Source: Selaginella moellendorffii
Lineage: Eukaryota; Plantae; Lycopodiophyta
DNA: 64,000 nt
Assembly (NCBI RefSeq): GCF_000143415.4
Contig: NW_003314387.1
Location: 281,921-345,920 of the forward strand
Direction: 5' to 3'
Positions 62,413 through 64,000 of this stretch are shown here, one piece after another (position 1 is the stretch's first letter; each line of letters begins with the position of its first letter). Made by a program: the position numbers and the translations under genes. Under the pieces are notes generated by a model. The model was not told the DNA's origin. It saw nothing but the letters and a program-made list of their open reading frames with translations, and did no database searches.

Positions 62413-64000
62413 TGTCAAGTATCGAAAGTTACCTGTCGACCAGTCCTTATGGACACTTTTACCTTACTGCCACAATGGTAGGAGATCAGTATTGCTAGAC
62501 CCTTTATTAGTCTCTCTTGTGCTAGTGGAGTTAACTGGGCATTTCGAGTGTACTTAGACCGGACGAGCATAACAATGGAATTCCTACGTGTTATTAGCAA
62601 AGCATATTTAGCTTGGTAAAGAGTTCCTGTCTCGTTATGTCTTGCACTGGCTAGTGACAAAAACCATCACGTATTGAGATTGGTCCCTCAATATCACTGG
62701 ATGATAACTTACCGTGTCTGCTAAACACCCTCACTATCATGCCCTTTGTGTTAGTCTCATTTCGGTCCCAAATGTTATCCTTGTTCTGTGTTCGGCTTGG
62801 GTTTAAACCCAAGCTCTACACCATTCTAGTTGGTGGAGTACCCATGTCCTCACGTTAGGCCACCGGTATGTTGAAATAGTGCCAAACTCCGTTTGGCTCC
62901 GTTTTGCATGTTGGTCCTAGCATTGGGATGCTGGATACTCTAGGACTATTTCAAGTCGCTCCGTGCCCCTGTCCCTTCGCTCCTTAGGCTGAATGCTCAG
63001 GAGTTGCTCCATGGTTCAGTTCCATCACTCTTTGGCTCCACGCTTGGGAGTTTGGCACCGTTCCTTCGTTCAATGGCCCAAAGCCCTGATCCTCAAGTTC
63101 CACGTAGCACAAAGAGGGTTTAGGTTCCGCTTCATGATGTTATCCTATGGTAAATCACCATAGGATAAAAGGTAAAAACCACATGCACTACATTTGGTAT
63201 CAGAGGATGAGTCTCAGCGAGTACTATTCAATGAGATTGGGCAATTAGTCTCGTTGCATACGCAGAGATGAAAACAATGATCCGAGTGGGTACACATTTG
63301 GGTGCAAAGGCTTCGCAATCGTTCCTTGGGTATGGATTTGGTTACCATTTGGTACCGTATTATATGAGCTTGCTCTTGGGCTCATAAGGAGGATTGAGTT
63401 GTTCCAGTAGCACGAGTTTGCACTTGGGCTCGTGAGTGAGGCGCATTAGCAACTCAAAGTTGCACTTTGAGTTGGCAGGATTAATGTTAGCATATCAGTG
63501 GTTCCATGAGTTGTTCCTTGTACTATGGGTGAAAGCAAACCTCCCTGGGTTTGCTATGAGTGGCAAATATGCTAGTCCATAGCTGTTTAGCATGGCACTA
63601 GTGGATCCTTCCTAGGCATGATTATAAGTGAATCGATCAAGACTATAAGGCTTAGTCTATTGGTTCAAGTAGTCATTGCCGTATTCTTTCATAAATTTTT
63701 CCTGGATTGGACTGAAGGCAGTGCGAAAGCAAGCTTGAGGTTTAGTCAAAGATGAGACTGAAAAGAGAGTTATCAGGGACGAAGGATCAAACACGTAAAT
63801 AATTTTCTCTTCTTGGAGAGATGATTTGCAACGAGATGTTAACTCATTGCTTGTGTTCATATTATGCAATTAAGAGTCCTTACCTTGATGCATCTTGGAG
63901 ATGATGGTTTTATAAATGGTGAGTTATAGGATGGATAGTGGTGAAGTGCTAAACCATTTTGTCTAAGCTTGCTATTGGAAGACTTGGGTTGCAATGCTCG
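62413..64000 (+). mobile_element. LTR retrotransposon 5' end (LTR ~62413-63192, PBS 63195-63205), runs off the window
   Basis: TG...CA LTR starts exactly where the F-box repeat sequence breaks (GAGCTTCATTCC|TGTC); tRNA-Met PBS TGGTATCAGAG. Confidence 0.75.

Overview
Eukaryotic, gene-dense land-plant genomic DNA. The very short GT-AG introns (~50-90 bp), many PLS/DYW PPR genes, telo-box promoters and genes ~100 bp apart are most consistent with the lycophyte Selaginella (inference, not verified). Conventional genes: a PLS-E PPR, a PLS-DYW PPR, a P-class PPR, L-gulonolactone oxidase-like, class III peroxidase, chloroplast YBEY-HAD fusion, GNAT acetyltransferase, MSD1/SSX2IP, uL18-like, a CbbY-like HAD, tRNA-Thr(AGT) and tRNA-Leu(TAG). 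Unusual content: (i) an intact, intronless fungal Dit1/PvcA-type isocyanide synthase gene (33479-35026), the strongest candidate for an undescribed plant biosynthetic system; (ii) two apparently intact Crinkler/RHS(CR)-type genes (NTPase+REase and REase+kinase) plus a decayed third next to the Dit1 gene; (iii) a plastid-targeted protein resembling prokaryotic nucleotidyltransferases with a degenerate active site; (iv) a 5S-rRNA-bearing Cassandra-like TRIM sitting exactly after the PPT of a decayed LTR element that contains a tRNA-like multi-arm structure with two T-loops; (v) three large mosaic repeat blocks (F-box, PPR and YBEY fragments) carrying six copies of a structured B-box (Pol III-like) element, with a seventh isolated copy. 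All calls are from visual motif recognition; no searches were run.
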